This document shows, in pieces, positions 27,419 to 39,782 of a DNA stretch of 64,000 nt (positions are counted from its first letter, which is position 1; each line of letters opens with the position of its first letter). The stretch spans positions 372,001 to 436,000 of the forward strand of contig ML996700.1 in assembly GCA_010356995.1 (NCBI GenBank). The letters run 5' to 3'. Origin of the DNA: Trichodelitschia bisporula. Lineage: Eukaryota. A program made the translations under genes and the position numbers. The notes under the pieces were generated by a model. That model was not told the DNA's origin, did no database searches, and saw only the letters and a list, made by a program, of their open reading frames with translations.

Positions 27419-28461
27419 GGTCCGAGTATGGCAATCGCAGTAGGCGCCGGGTTCGCCGTGGAATTTGCCGCCGTCGTCGGTTGTTGTTGGTGGCCGGCGG
27501 GTGGTTTGACGCGCTCCTCTCAACTTCTCGCGTCTTCAAGCTTGCCCGTTCTACCTGGCCTTCTAGAATACCCGCTCTTGGCCTTGGCAGCCGAACGATA
27601 ATCCGACCGCAATGTCACACCTCAAATCACGATAGGAACGGTTGCCATTGCTGAAGCCGAAAATGTTAACAAGATTGCTAAAGCTAGTATGCCGAAGCGT
27701 GGCGGGACGCGTAGGAACCTCAATGATCCATCAGTCGGACCCGCACGGCGAACCCACTCATGGAACCATCACCATAGCAAGCTGCCCTTCATACCTCCCC
27801 CCTCACTCGGCAGTCCGCGCTTGATTATCGTCGCAGTATTTTGATGATCAGAGTTACATTCAGCAGTCTTCGCATCCTAATGAGCTTCCATAAGCTGTAG
27901 TGCTGGCGCATCAACAGGTTCGGCATTGAAACAGCACCAGCCTCATCCCGGTTGCGAACCGACTCCCTCTGGAACACTTCCCCCCTTCCCATGGATATTC
28001 TCCAAGGTATCGGTCAGGTTTCGGAATAGACACTGGCCGGGTGCAGTAAACGAGTCTACAACAGTTTGTGCGGCGCACTCGTCCCAATGTAGCTCCCCAA
28101 ACTTCAATTGGGCCATAGACGTTTCCCACCCAGCAACTGAACCCTATGATCGCCTTCAACATCTAGACCTACTGGCTCCATGTCTCTTCGTCCGTTTTGG
28201 CCCACGTGAGCATTGATGCAGCGCTACCTTGGTCCCGAAACAGGGTAACCGAACAGCTTGCGCTCGACTGGGCAAGGCAGTCTGTTATGCCAACCTCGCG
28301 TGCTCCCACAGCGGGTCCCTCTCTCCGAGTTTCTTCTTCATCTCTTCTAGTAATCGTGCAGGCACGATATTATATTCTTTCATGACTGAGCAGAGGTAGA
28401 CTTCTCGCTCGCCCTCTTCTTGTATATTTCTTCGCGGCTGGTTTCGCTATTCGCTTTAATA

Positions 28462-29470
28462 ATGAAGTCCCGGGTGGTCTTCGGAGTTCTTCTCTCAGCA
28501 GCGGCAGTTGGCGGTAGTCCGTTGCCAGGAGGCAGAGGCCGTAAGTCCATCGATCACGAGAGTGAAAGACTCCATTCTAACATTCGGTCTTACCAGCGGT
28601 CGCCCAGGTTGGCGATGGGCTACTGGACATCCCTCCTCTCATTTACCGAAGGAGCCTCAACGAGCAACATGAGAGCCCAGTGGACACTATAGCTCTGATG
28701 AAGCGACAAGGTGGGCCTACACACCAACACGAACGACCCATCCCACGATCAGTCCGTTCTAACACCCGCAGTTTCTCTCATCACACTCACCACAACAGTC
28801 ACAACAACAACCACAGCCGGACCCGTAAGTAGCCTTCACCTCTCCAAAATCCCATACCAACAACCCACAGGAAAAGAACGCCGCCCTCTCCACCGTCCTC
28901 GTCACAGCAAGAGCCACAGAAACGGTTACCCCGAGTTCCGGAAGCGGTTCTGAAGACGCGGGCGTCGCCCGTGAGGGCGAAAGCTCCGCTACGCGAACCA
29001 GCGCCCGGGCGGAAGAAACAGCTCTTACGGCGTTGAACAGTGGCAATGCCGCGGCCGCAGAGTCCGGCGTGGCTACCGCAACACCTACCGGGGAAGTCTC
29101 AGCCCCAACCTCCACAGCGGAAGTAGCCCTCGCCTCAGCTTCCTCCACTGAAAGTTCGCTCGCATCCGCGTCCGCCGAGAGTTTCATTTCCACAGCGTCC
29201 TCGATCGAAAGCTCCATCCCCACAGCCCCTACAGGCACGCCCCAAACCAACGGCCCATCCGCCGGCCGCACAACCTTCGACAACGCTCAAGGCATCGAAC
29301 TAACGCCCGAAGCCCTGGGCCGGCTAACAGGCACGGAAGAGGCCGCTGGCGGGTCTGGGAGTGATTCCGCGGCTGGGACGAGTATTGCCCTCCGGCGGGA
29401 GCGGTGGGTGCGCAGGGCGGGGGATGTGCTGTATTTCGAAGTCCCCGTGGCGGAGGAGGAGGAGGGGTAA
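28462..29470 (+). CDS. Secreted Ser/Thr/Ala-rich (mucin-like) protein
   Basis: Signal peptide MKSRVVFGVLLSAAAVGGSP and a dibasic KR site; three introns (~28541-28596, ~28711-28771, 28825-28870) give a continuous frame into ORF 29033-29470. Confidence 0.7.
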
Positions 29471-30246
29471 TCGGGTGGGCGGGTGGGCGGGCTATACGGT
29501 AGTCGTCTCGGTTTTGGAGAACGTAGCTGGAGAGCAGCTGGAGGTATATAGGTCATGAGAGAAAAATATGCATGACGTTCGAGACCCGCGATGCATCTCC
29601 TGTGAAAGGCGTTAGCTCAGGCAAATTGCTTTTTGGCGATAGGGATGCTCAGAGCCCAAAGCTCCAATGGCTCAGGCGACGAAGATCAAAGTCAGGCCGA
29701 AATGCGAAGAAACAAACAAAAGACGATGGCAGCTCATCACAACCTCTTGCTGCACCGTCCCGTTGTACAAGCACCTGCCGTTGTCGGCGCGATATGTCAA
29801 GGGATGGCCCCGCTTTCGCTACACTAGCAAAATCACGGCAAGTACAGAACCTCAATGTTTTGAGACCCAACCTGACGTGGGAAAGGGAGATCCGCGTCCT
29901 TCCCGCATGTTGAGAAATCCTTCGTCCTGCGAACCGGAAGTGCAACCACCAGCCAAGCACGACCCACCAATGGAACGACGACGTCGACATCGACAGCACA
30001 TGAGAAGGGATCACGCGCGAGCGGGTATTTCCCAAGCGACGACGGCTCCTGCACCAGCAATAACAAACTCCTCTCTGCATTAACCCCGCTCAGAGCATAT
30101 CTAAATTCCAAGATCCGCCTTTTGCTTATCGTTGCCCACTACGGGTACATCAAGAACGAAAAAGATCATCCACAAGACCCACAAGAGCCCAGCACGGTAT
30201 TTCGCCTTGCACCACCGCCCAAGCATGTCCTCGCAGCCTTGTGAAT

Positions 30247-31175
30247 TTACTCCTCGTCGTCCTCCGGCTCCTCGACCTCGGCCTCGGGCGCGGCGCTCGC
30301 CACTGCAGCAGCAGCTTTCTTGATCTTGGCCGGAGTGGCCTTGGGAGCAGGCTCGTCCTCATCTTCCTCAGGCTCCTCGCCACTGGCATCTTCCTCCTCG
30401 TCCTCCTCAGCGTCGCCGTTCTCTGCTTCAGGGGCAGCGGGGCCCGTCTTTTGGCGTTTAGCACGGCTGGTGGCTTCGGCTGGAAGGTTAGCTACGCCTG
30501 ACGAGAAACGCATAAGACGTGAGGGATAGAGCAGGCAATCAGGAGATGGTGAGAGGCTCAGTCAACACTCCTCTCGGAAGAACAAGCCGAAGCGAAGATG
30601 AAACAAGTGAGGGACGACACCAAGAGCAACACGATGAGCATGAAATCAGCATATTAACTCACCTTTGGCAGGAGCGGGCTCTTCTTCGGCGCCTTCCTCT
30701 TCTTCGCTGCCTCCCTCGCCATCGTCATACTCTTCGCTCACATCGCTGTCATCATATCTGAGAATGGCACGTCAGCCTTGCCATCAAAAAATTGCAAAGC
30801 AACGCATCCGAAGGTGTATGCAAAGCCAAAGAGCACAATCCGACTTCGCAAGCGGGTCTCCTTTCACGGATACGATGGAAAACGGCATCCGTAAACGAGG
30901 ACGTCAACATAGAGCATCGGCTATCCCAGCGCAACGGAGACGTAGCGACGGCAGGACTCCAAAATCAAATACCAGGAAGCTTGACACGGCATCGCAAGAG
31001 ACAGATGAATGGTTCAAACCACGCGTACAGTAAATTGAGCACGTTGCGCGCGCCCGCGACAGCTCCTCGCGCAAGGAAATGACGTAACTTACTCCTCTTC
31101 CTCCTCACTATCCTCAGGCAGCGACTCGAACTCCTCCTCTTCGGCCTGATCCTGCTTTCTCTTGCGCGTAGACAT
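30247..31175 (-). CDS. Small highly acidic protein with basic NLS-like motifs, function unknown
   Basis: MSTRKRKQDQAEEEEFESLPEDSEEEEE-YDDSDVSEEY..AKRQKT; introns 30758-31092 and 30480-30662 with GTAAGT/GTGAGT donors and GCTGAC/GCTAAC branch sites. Confidence 0.8.
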
Positions 31176-31660
31176 TTTTGATGAATGAGGATGTAAGAAA
31201 TGGGTAGGTTAGATGGTGGGATGGGAAGGGAAGTTTGGGGGGGTTGGGGTGAGAGGGAAGGGGAAGAGAGGAAGCGGCCAGAAATTCTGGGGGGGGAGGA
31301 GGGGGGGGAGGAGGACAAGGGAGGGATTGAGGAGGGGGGTAGGGGGTTGGAAGGTAGGAGGTAAGGTCCACAGAGCGGGGAGCTGGGAGCTGGGAGCTGG
31401 GGCATGCTGGGGGTGGGAGGAAGGCGCTGCCGCTTGGGTGGGAAGGCGGAGTGGAGTGGAGTGGAGGGGAGAGGTGGGAAGGAAGGAAGGAGGGAGGAAG
31501 GGCTGAGAGCGGGATATTTGCCTGACGGTGTTGGAAAAGTTGGCCTGACACGCCTTTCTTCCATTACAGAAAGCGACGGGATGGCCCTACCGGAGCAGGC
31601 TCAAACCCTCAGGTCGCTCTCTGCGACTCAGAAGGTGGAGCTGCATTGCAGCGAGCAGCA

Positions 31661-31689
31661 GGCGGCGGCGGCGGCGGCGGCGGCGGCGG
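31661..31689 (+). repeat. (GGC)n trinucleotide microsatellite
   Basis: About nine consecutive GGC units, intergenic. Confidence 0.9.
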
Positions 31690-32570
31690 GCCCTGCCCGT
31701 TCCCTCTTTCGGGGCAGCGCGATGAGGGGCTCGTTCTTCTCCGCACTCTGCACCTCTTGATTCAGGCTGGTCAACCGGGTAGGCATTGGCCAACCGCATC
31801 GCGCTCACCTTGCTCCCTTGCAGGCGGAGGGGTCGTGGCTCGATGGCGTTAGAGCCGGGGGTTGTCAACCTCCGTATTGTTTCCCGTGACTTGTGCCAAG
31901 CCAGCTTACCGTAGTCGTGATGGCTTCATGCGGTGATGCTGCGATGGAGTGGGATGGATGGGCTGGTAGTACGCATATTATCCGAGGTTGAGATGGAAAA
32001 TGTGGCGGTAACTGTACCCCGCTATGAAAAGCCATGACGCCAATCCCGATAAGCATTGACTCAAGGTCTGGCCAATGCGTTCCACATCTTTTCTGCTTGG
32101 AATCTCTCGAATGCAGCTTCCTCAGAACGAAAGGGTCGAGCTTGTCGAAGTGTGAAAACCCCGCATGTCTCTGATGGTACGAGTATACCACATAAAAATG
32201 GCTTCAGTCACTGGGAGATCAAGATTTTTCATCACCCACGCGCACGATACCCTCAGCCTTGAGCTGCCCGCGACTTATGAGGGTGTGATGGTTCCATCAA
32301 TTCCTAACTCCTGCGAAAAGGCGTGACCTCAGAATTTGAGCTTCATGCTCTCAGTCCTCTGTCGATGGCTGCTACCGCTTCGCCATCCAGATTGCCGAGC
32401 CCTCGTATCGGCTGTCATGGCATTTTGCACCAAAAAGAGTTGATGGCCGGCATTAGGCTACTAGCTATAACGCCTCATGCTTACTTCGTCAGAGCCAGAA
32501 CCGTGTAAAGCCATAAAGCGCTGCCATTCTATCGGGTATCACATCTAGGCGACCTTACAACCAGCCCAAT

Positions 32571-33203
32571 TCACTTCGGGCTCTTCTCCAATATCCCCGC
32601 CTCATCAGGGTCCCAGTCAAACGCCCGCTGCACCCTCTCCGTCCTCTCTTCCCACACATCATTACTACTCGGCCCAGAAACTAACCGCTCATTCTTCTTC
32701 CGATAAAAGTCCTCAATCAGCTCCGCCTTGCGCTCCGCATTCCTCCCCCGCGTCCGCATGCAAAACCAAAACTGGGCCCAGTGCTCCGAGCACGACCGCA
32801 TCGTCCCGTACCGGTATACGCTGTTGAATTGCCCCCCCAGACTCTGGCAGTAGAAGGCCGCGTCGAAGGCGTCGCGGCACGACATGTGCCGTGGGAACGG
32901 TGCGAGGGGTGGGTCGTCTGGGTGCGCGACGCTGTGTGAGCCTGTCGGTTGTGGGTCCGAGAAGACGGGCATGAATTCGGACAGATCGGTCTCTGTTTTG
33001 CGCATTGCTTCGCGGTACGCTGCGCGGGCTTGTTCGCGGAGCTCTGGGCGCGGCTCAGCATCGGGAGCGGACGAAGGCGTCGCGGGAGAGGACTTGGGAG
33101 GGGAGGAAGGATTTGCGGAAAGGGATTCGGGAGAGGAGTCGGGTGTTTCCATGGCTGAAGAGTTTAAGGGATCTTTGGAGCCGGAGCTCCACCACCACTG
33201 CAT
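32571..33203 (-). CDS. EMI1: Early meiotic induction protein 1 family (DUF3128, twin CX9C-like)
   Basis: MSCRDAFDAAFYCQSLGGQFNSVYRYGTMRSCSEHWAQFWFCMR and GPSSNDVWEER. Confidence 0.88.
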   Translation of the reverse strand: MQWWWSSGSKDPLNSSAMETPDSSPESLSANPSSPPKSSPATPSSAPDAEPRPELREQARAAYREAMRKTETDLSEFMPVFSDPQPTGSHSVAHPDDPPLAPFPRHMSCRDAFDAAFYCQSLGGQFNSVYRYGTMRSCSEHWAQFWFCMRTRGRNAERKAELIEDFYRKKNERLVSGPSSNDVWEERTERVQRAFDWDPDEAGILEKSPK

Positions 33204-33746
33204 GTTGATTGCGGGGAATTGAGGCTTCGTTCGGTGCGCGAGATGCGAGGGCGACCTGACGTCTGTGGAAATTCATCGCGGGTTAGGTGGTTTGGGCTTG
33301 CCTTGCTGTTTTGGGGATAGCGCGTGCTGAGTCAAATGGGCGGGTCGACGTCGGATCAAAGGTCACCCGGAAAATTCGTAGCCCCCCGACGGGCAAGAAT
33401 GCCCAGACAAGACAGTCACGACTTTTTCGGGTGCCTCTTTGATGTTGAATATGTGGCGGAAGTAATTAGGACATTCTCGACAGGGCATGGAGAAGATCGT
33501 GTGATTCATGTGAACAGGGATATCACGCCCAAAGCAGTAAGAATGGGATGGGGTGCGAAGTAGGCTCGAGAAAACAAGGTGATAATGAGATATCATTGAT
33601 CTTATGCCTTCAATAGTCGCAATTGCGCCGCATGCCGATCATCTACACCAACAGCAGAGTGTAGATCCATCTACTGATAGAAGCCCATACCGCAATTCCC
33701 ATATGAAACATGAAAAAGGAAATCCCGCTGATGCCCTCAACATGCT

Positions 33747-35297
33747 CTACGCCCTCTCCCCGGGTCTAGCAGCCCTCTTCTTTTTCCGATCATAATCCAG
33801 CACCCGCCGTCGACGATGATCCCGCGCCATCCGCCACCTAACATACAACATAATCGCGTCACGCATCACCACAAACGCACACCCGCCAATCAAGCTCCGC
33901 CCCCACCGCGCCTGCAACAGTCCCGCCGCCTTAGTCCCCGGGCCTTGGCGCGCAGTCCAAGCTTTGGGCAGAGTGAGCCGGAGAAGCTCGCCCATGGCCG
34001 CGCTGACGGCGGGGAAGGCGAGGGCGCCTAGGATGGTCTCGGCCAGCCGCGTCGTTGACATGGTGAGGTTGAAGTTACGGTTGTCGGCCGGTGGGGGCGG
34101 GGCGGGCGCGTTTGCATTCGCTTGGTTCGGGGCATTGGCTTGTTGAGGCGCCGGTGCGGCGGGTGCGGGCACTTCAGGCGCGATGGGCGCGGGTGGTGCG
34201 ATGACCTGGATGTTCTGATCGACGACAGGCCCATCGTCCCACTCCTCCAGCACGGCGAGATTGACATTGATCTCCAGCACATCATCCGCATTATCCGCAT
34301 TCGCGCCATTGCCGGCATCCGCATCCGCGGCGCGCGGCTCCACCTCCGCGAGCCAGCGGCGCTCACGCTCAGCCCACACCTGCTCGTAGTACGTGTTGTA
34401 GATGGAGCGCAGGTAAGGGAGGAGGGCGAAGGAGAGCCCCGCGCTGGGGGGCCACTTACCGAACTCGACGAGCGGGTCGGGGTCCGGCTTTGTGACGAAG
34501 AAGAGCATAGGGAGGATGGGGAGGATGCCGTCGGCGAAGGAGGAGCGCGAGGAGATGAGCATGGGCGGGATGAGCGAGAGGCCGAGGTCGAGCCGCCAGC
34601 GCTGTCGGACGTGCCGTGCGAAGGCGACGAGGGAGCTGCCTTCTTCGGCCTCGGCGATGTTGTGCAGGCGGAGCGGACCGAGGATTTGGTCTGCGTCGCG
34701 CGGGCCGAAGACGATGAAGATGGCGCTTTTGCCGTGCACCCAGCAGAGGTACCAGAATGAGGCGACGGCTAGGCTGAGTACGCCTGGGAGCACGAGTCTA
34801 CTGGAGAGGTTTTCCAAAGCGTTCACGCCGGTCACTATGTAGCTCTTTGGCCGCGCGAGGATGATTTCGCTCTTGCATTGTGGGCAGAGGATCTTACTGC
34901 TGCGTCGGCGCGCTGAGGGGGCTTCGAGGTTGGCCACCCAGTCAAGAAGGCAAGTCTCGTGGGCTGTGAGGGCGCAGGGACAGGGACTGCGCCATTCGGA
35001 TACAGGTTGTTGCTCGTCGCCTTCGTCTGAGAAGCAGATCCAGCAGCGGCGGGGCTCGGGCCGTTCTTCTTGTTGTTGTTGCTGCTGTTGCTGCTTCGAG
35101 TCCGCCGCAGTGCTGGTCGCGGCGTCCTGCGAGGCACGTCCACTGATGAGAATGGTCTGCGAGTCTTCGCTCTTTGCTGAGATGGAATCGCTCCTTGTTA
35201 GGCTGGATTCGGCTTGGGGGAACGCGGGGTTCTGGAGGTCGGAACCGGAGCGCTGAGGAGCGAGCCGGCGGCGCTGCGACTGCGGTAATGAAGCCAT
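33747..35297 (-). CDS. Membrane RING-CH (RINGv) E3 ubiquitin ligase, MARCH5-like
   Basis: CWICF..WRSPCPCALTAHETCLLDW..CPQCK C4HC3 RING; several TM segments; GRSLIGGCAFVVMRDA; RRRRVLDY tail; polyQ tract. Confidence 0.87.
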   Translation of the reverse strand: MASLPQSQRRRLAPQRSGSDLQNPAFPQAESSLTRSDSISAKSEDSQTILISGRASQDAATSTAADSKQQQQQQQQEERPEPRRCWICFSDEGDEQQPVSEWRSPCPCALTAHETCLLDWVANLEAPSARRRSSKILCPQCKSEIILARPKSYIVTGVNALENLSSRLVLPGVLSLAVASFWYLCWVHGKSAIFIVFGPRDADQILGPLRLHNIAEAEEGSSLVAFARHVRQRWRLDLGLSLIPPMLISSRSSFADGILPILPMLFFVTKPDPDPLVEFGKWPPSAGLSFALLPYLRSIYNTYYEQVWAERERRWLAEVEPRAADADAGNGANADNADDVLEINVNLAVLEEWDDGPVVDQNIQVIAPPAPIAPEVPAPAAPAPQQANAPNQANANAPAPPPPADNRNFNLTMSTTRLAETILGALAFPAVSAAMGELLRLTLPKAWTARQGPGTKAAGLLQARWGRSLIGGCAFVVMRDAIMLYVRWRMARDHRRRRVLDYDRKKKRAARPGERA

Positions 35298-35836
35298 GGT
35301 GTTGTTCTAGAGTCGCATGGAAAGTTGTGGAGAGAAATGAGAGACGTTGTAGGTGCTTGATGTGGTGGCCGGGTGAATGGCTGGAGCTGGTGGCGGAATG
35401 AAGCACGTCAAACGCTCGTCTTGTCCATCTCAGCTTCCCGCGGCACGCGGCAGGCACCGCCGGCTGCCGCCATTGGCTGCTTGCCTCTGGGGAGTTCAAC
35501 TTCACGTGCAAGCTCGACAGTCACCTAAATCACAAACATCACCATTCTTTTGATCTCGCTCTTCGCTCTTTCGAACGGCAAATTATGCACCTTGAGACGT
35601 AATGCCCATCTGAGGAATGCGTGAGGGTGTCGCGTCCTGCTTTGCACGTACAAACAAGATTTGACGAAGATTTTGTATCCACATCTCGGAGCGGCCTCTT
35701 TTATATTCCCTCATCCGCAATATAATGCTCGTAAAGGTCACTACTTGTACATCCCATCGTAACTTTGGATCGTCACCATACTACCCGGAACCTCAGTATC
35801 TGTTGTCTTTAGGCTGAGCTCACATTCCTCAGCAAT

Positions 35837-38245
35837 ATGCCGCCGCGTAGACCCGTACGTGAGCGCAAGGCAAATAACTACGCCGCCAACCAATTCGCTG
35901 ACCTCGATGCCATCCTTGGGGAAGTTGCTGATATCAGTGATGGGGTTTCCATTGAAGAAGAGTACGACGACGAGGACTTCGCCGTCACGGCGATCGCAGA
36001 GGAGGAAGCCGACCCCGATGATGAAGTTCTGTCAGAAGTCGCACCGACCGATGAGGAGGAAGGCGGCGAGGGCGAGGCGGATGAACAGCTTGGGGATATC
36101 TCGATCGCCGGCTCCGAAGACGAGGCAGAGGGAGGGGCAGGGACTGGGCGTCCTAGCAGGGTCGGCCGACCCGAACGTCAACGCGAGGTGAAGGACATCG
36201 GAAAACTCCCCATCTTTGATGAAAGAGGGTCGCGCCCGTTGACTGGACGAGACTACCAGTACACTCGCGGGATTCCGGAGGTCCATCACATGGGCGGCAA
36301 GGAGACACGTCTTCTTTACTCCATCGGCCCCGGAACTGAGGACGTCATAGCGCACATCAAGGACCGCGACATCTGGGATCTTGAGCCGGCGTTGCCCACT
36401 CGGCAGCCTCAGACGGACGGCACGAACGGTCTCTCTTATAGCCATTTCTACCCGGAAGAAAAGCGGAAGAAAGAGGTCGAGGAAGGCTGGAAGTGGTTCG
36501 ACGCTGTGGGCTGTCAGGCATTTTCCGAGCACCAATCCATCGTGAAGCTGAGCCCTGACGAAGGGGAGAAGCTTTTGCCCTTTTCTCGTGCTCCGGAGAT
36601 GGCATTTATCGAAGGACCGATTGGAGAACAGAAGCTCTTCCACCTTGCCCCGAACTCGTCTGTGAATATCAAGGAGGCGTGGTCGACGGATCCTAAGGCG
36701 AGGCGAGGCACGGAAGCGTGGGTCATTAATTGCGGCGCCGAAATCACATCACTGCAATGGATTCCGAACCAACCGGGGTTATCGCAATATCTTTGCGTGG
36801 TGGTCAACCCAAAAGAGTACGACGAACCGGAGGAAAGGGACTATGAGAACTCGCTCGGCTTTGTCCCGAACAAGGCCTTCCGCACGTGCGCTCAGATTTG
36901 GGAGTTCAAGCGGCTCCCATGCCCCGAAGGGCAAGGTAGTCGCCCCGACTATACTCATCCTCCTGTCTTACGCTTCGTGCTGTCTTGGGACTGGGGCGAA
37001 GTAAGATGGATCAAGTGGTGCCCAGTCCCGAGAAAACTGGATACCGAGCTTCAGGACGGAGCCATCCACCTCGGCCTGATGGGCGGCGTCTGGGCCGACG
37101 GCAAGCTGCGCGTCCTCGAAGTCGCCATCACCCCCGACCTCACCTCCCCCATCACCTACCAGCACTACTCAGCCGCCGCCTTCGAAGCCCGTCCCCCAAA
37201 CACCATCATAACATGCCTCACCTGGATCTCACCCACGCAAATCGGCGCCGGCACCGCCATCGGCACAGTCGGCATCTGGGACCTCGAGCGCGCCCTCGCC
37301 GCCAAACCCACAACCGCAAACCCCATCCCCTGGTTCTACCACACGGTGCAGACCAGCTTCATCCTAAACATCAGCGCCTCCTACCCCTCGCGCCCCACCT
37401 TCCTCACTACCCTCGGTATCGACGGCCACACGCGCCTGACCAATATCTTACACCCGACATGCGACTCCGCCTACGCGCCGCGCGTGCGCGTGGCCCAGCG
37501 CCCGCTCGCCTGGCATGATGTGTGTCAGTGCTCGCTGTCGACGGAGGAGAACTTCGATTTGCGCGCGCATCTGCTGCGGCTGTTCTGGCGCACGGGGATG
37601 TTGGCAAGGTTCGGCGGCCTTGCGACTGATATCGCGGTTTCGCCGGTGCATCCGTTTGTGCTGGCGTCTACTGTGGATGGGACGGTGTTTGCGATGAATC
37701 CGATGCGCAGGATTAGGGAGCATAAGACGCGGAGCTGGCAGCAGATGTGGTTTTCGGCGGAGTGGAGGAGGGGGGTGGGGGAGCTTGTTGATGTGGAGAT
37801 CGGAGAAGGGGCGAAAGGCAAGGGGAAGGATAAGGGGAAGGATAAGGGGAAGGGCAAGAAGGGCAAGGGGAAGGCAGTCTGGCGGAGTTTGGAGGCTTAT
37901 GAGGCGGACGCGGACGGCGATGTCGAGATGCGTGACGACGCAGACGATCCCCCCGCCGCGGAGCCGTCACCTGCCACCGCGAACTCGCACAACCAACCGG
38001 ACCCGGCATCGACGCACGGAGCGCCGCTGGTGCGCTTCATGCTGGGCTACAAGCTCCAGAAGAGCATCTTGGACCAGGACTCGCGGCCCAACAACACGAA
38101 GGAGGGCGTGCTGTTTACTACGGTGCATGAGCCTAAGACGGCGGTTACGCAGGTGGATTGGAACCCGAATTTGTGCTGTGGGACTTGGGCGGCGGCGGGG
38201 ATGGGGAGTGGGTTGTTGAGGGTGGAGGATATTGGGCTGGATTAG
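35837..38245 (+). CDS. TFC6: RNA polymerase III transcription factor TFIIIC subunit Tfc6/Sfc6-like (WD40)
   Basis: Acidic N-terminus; ITSLQWIPNQ, WGEVRWIKWCP, LGLMGGVWADGKLRVL, SPVHPFVLASTVDG, VDWNPNLCCGTWAAAGMGSGLLRVEDI. Confidence 0.85.
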   Translation: MPPRRPVRERKANNYAANQFADLDAILGEVADISDGVSIEEEYDDEDFAVTAIAEEEADPDDEVLSEVAPTDEEEGGEGEADEQLGDISIAGSEDEAEGGAGTGRPSRVGRPERQREVKDIGKLPIFDERGSRPLTGRDYQYTRGIPEVHHMGGKETRLLYSIGPGTEDVIAHIKDRDIWDLEPALPTRQPQTDGTNGLSYSHFYPEEKRKKEVEEGWKWFDAVGCQAFSEHQSIVKLSPDEGEKLLPFSRAPEMAFIEGPIGEQKLFHLAPNSSVNIKEAWSTDPKARRGTEAWVINCGAEITSLQWIPNQPGLSQYLCVVVNPKEYDEPEERDYENSLGFVPNKAFRTCAQIWEFKRLPCPEGQGSRPDYTHPPVLRFVLSWDWGEVRWIKWCPVPRKLDTELQDGAIHLGLMGGVWADGKLRVLEVAITPDLTSPITYQHYSAAAFEARPPNTIITCLTWISPTQIGAGTAIGTVGIWDLERALAAKPTTANPIPWFYHTVQTSFILNISASYPSRPTFLTTLGIDGHTRLTNILHPTCDSAYAPRVRVAQRPLAWHDVCQCSLSTEENFDLRAHLLRLFWRTGMLARFGGLATDIAVSPVHPFVLASTVDGTVFAMNPMRRIREHKTRSWQQMWFSAEWRRGVGELVDVEIGEGAKGKGKDKGKDKGKGKKGKGKAVWRSLEAYEADADGDVEMRDDADDPPAAEPSPATANSHNQPDPASTHGAPLVRFMLGYKLQKSILDQDSRPNNTKEGVLFTTVHEPKTAVTQVDWNPNLCCGTWAAAGMGSGLLRVEDIGLD

Positions 38246-39782
38246 GGGGGCTGTTGGATGGGATGGGAGTGATGGACTTGTGAGAACGCGAAAGGATGGG
38301 GCAATGGAAGTGGCGACCAGTTACCGCGTATGTACAGCAGGAATCGGCATCGCACACCCCCCCGCCATCCACGGCCTCGGAGCCGCCTAAAACCCCGCCT
38401 CCCACGGCCCAGGACCCGGTTCTCACGTCACATCGCCCGCCCGTCTTTGCGGACACCCCTCTTGTGCGCGAAGCGAAGCCAAGTCTCGCGAAAGTATAGA
38501 GCGCTACACGGGGTCGCGTGCGTGCTCGGCGCAGCAGCTGGTTGTCAACATGGTCTTGCGAAGTGGGGATTCTGGGATGGGGGATGCGGTGCGACAGATA
38601 TGCTAATGACAGTGCGAATATCCTCCGCCCCCGCCGTCACGCCCAGTACTACGTACTACACAATTTCTCGGCCTACAGAAGCAAGAAGCAAGCCTAGCGA
38701 TGCCGATCTGGGATATCCCGTGCTTGATAAGCGCGGCGGGCTTGGTGTGTCTCGGTGCTCATCATCATAGAAGATTCCAGAGCACTGGCTGGAGCTGTGG
38801 GATGTTAGATGCTTTCTGGGCTGTATATACCTATAGCTATACCACGCAGCTTATGTCCTTTAAGTCCTTCAGCATGATGAGATTTGAAGTGATAGCTGCG
38901 GGATGATGAAGCCTTGTCGTCCCGCCAAGCCCGCCCGTCGGGTCGTCCCTTGGCAAGGCTGGGCGGCACTGGCGGGTCTGGCGCCGAGGGGCCGCGCCGA
39001 GCCGTCTGGACCCAGAGGTTTGGGCCGGAAACCTTGCAGAACGGTAGGGCTAAGGATAGGGTAGAAAGAATTGCGATGGGGGGATATGCTAGAGGGGTGG
39101 TTTGGGAGGTAGGCCTTGGCCGCTGGTGCTGGCCTGGGTCTGGGCAAGGCTGGGCTGCGCTGGGGCGGAGTTGTGATGTGATGGAATGAGGGGTGTTGGT
39201 GTGGGTTGGGTTGGGAGTACGGTTCTTGGGGCCCAGGTGCGTCTGTCCGATGTGACATGGATGCCGGATCTTGGGGTGTTCGGGCCTGGTTGGCGGGCGG
39301 TGGTGGGGTTTCGGGTTGAGTGCTGGGCGGTGGAGGCTGTGTCCGCGCGGCGCCTGGGCGGGGTGTGGTTTATCGGTGGGAGTGGGGAGGGGGATCGGCG
39401 AGTGGGGTGGGGCGGGAGAGGGGGAGATAGAGGATAGGGGTTTGTGGTGGGGATGATGGAGAGGAGTTGAGAAATCGTGAAGAGTGCGAAGAAGGCTTTC
39501 ATGGGGAATACGGATTAAACATTTAAGTATCAAACTGGGGTATTCTCTATCCGTACGCCGCCGCTGTAACTTCACGAGCGGAGTATCCCGATGTCCGCAC
39601 CCGGCCGGATATCAGCCTAACGGGCTGGACGTGACGCTTTTGACCACCAACTCCATGACAGACCAGACCACCACCAATGAACCAAAGAAGAAGAGGTACC
39701 AAAGCACCCAGCCTTACGCCCTCAAGCGCCCACCCACCAAACCCCCAAAACCATCCCCCAAACTAACACAATCCAAACTCTC

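Noticed and set aside
38805..39575. 256-aa Pro/His-rich minus-strand ORF
   Set aside because: Low-complexity product of G/T-skewed intergenic sequence with a non-ATG start and no domain features.
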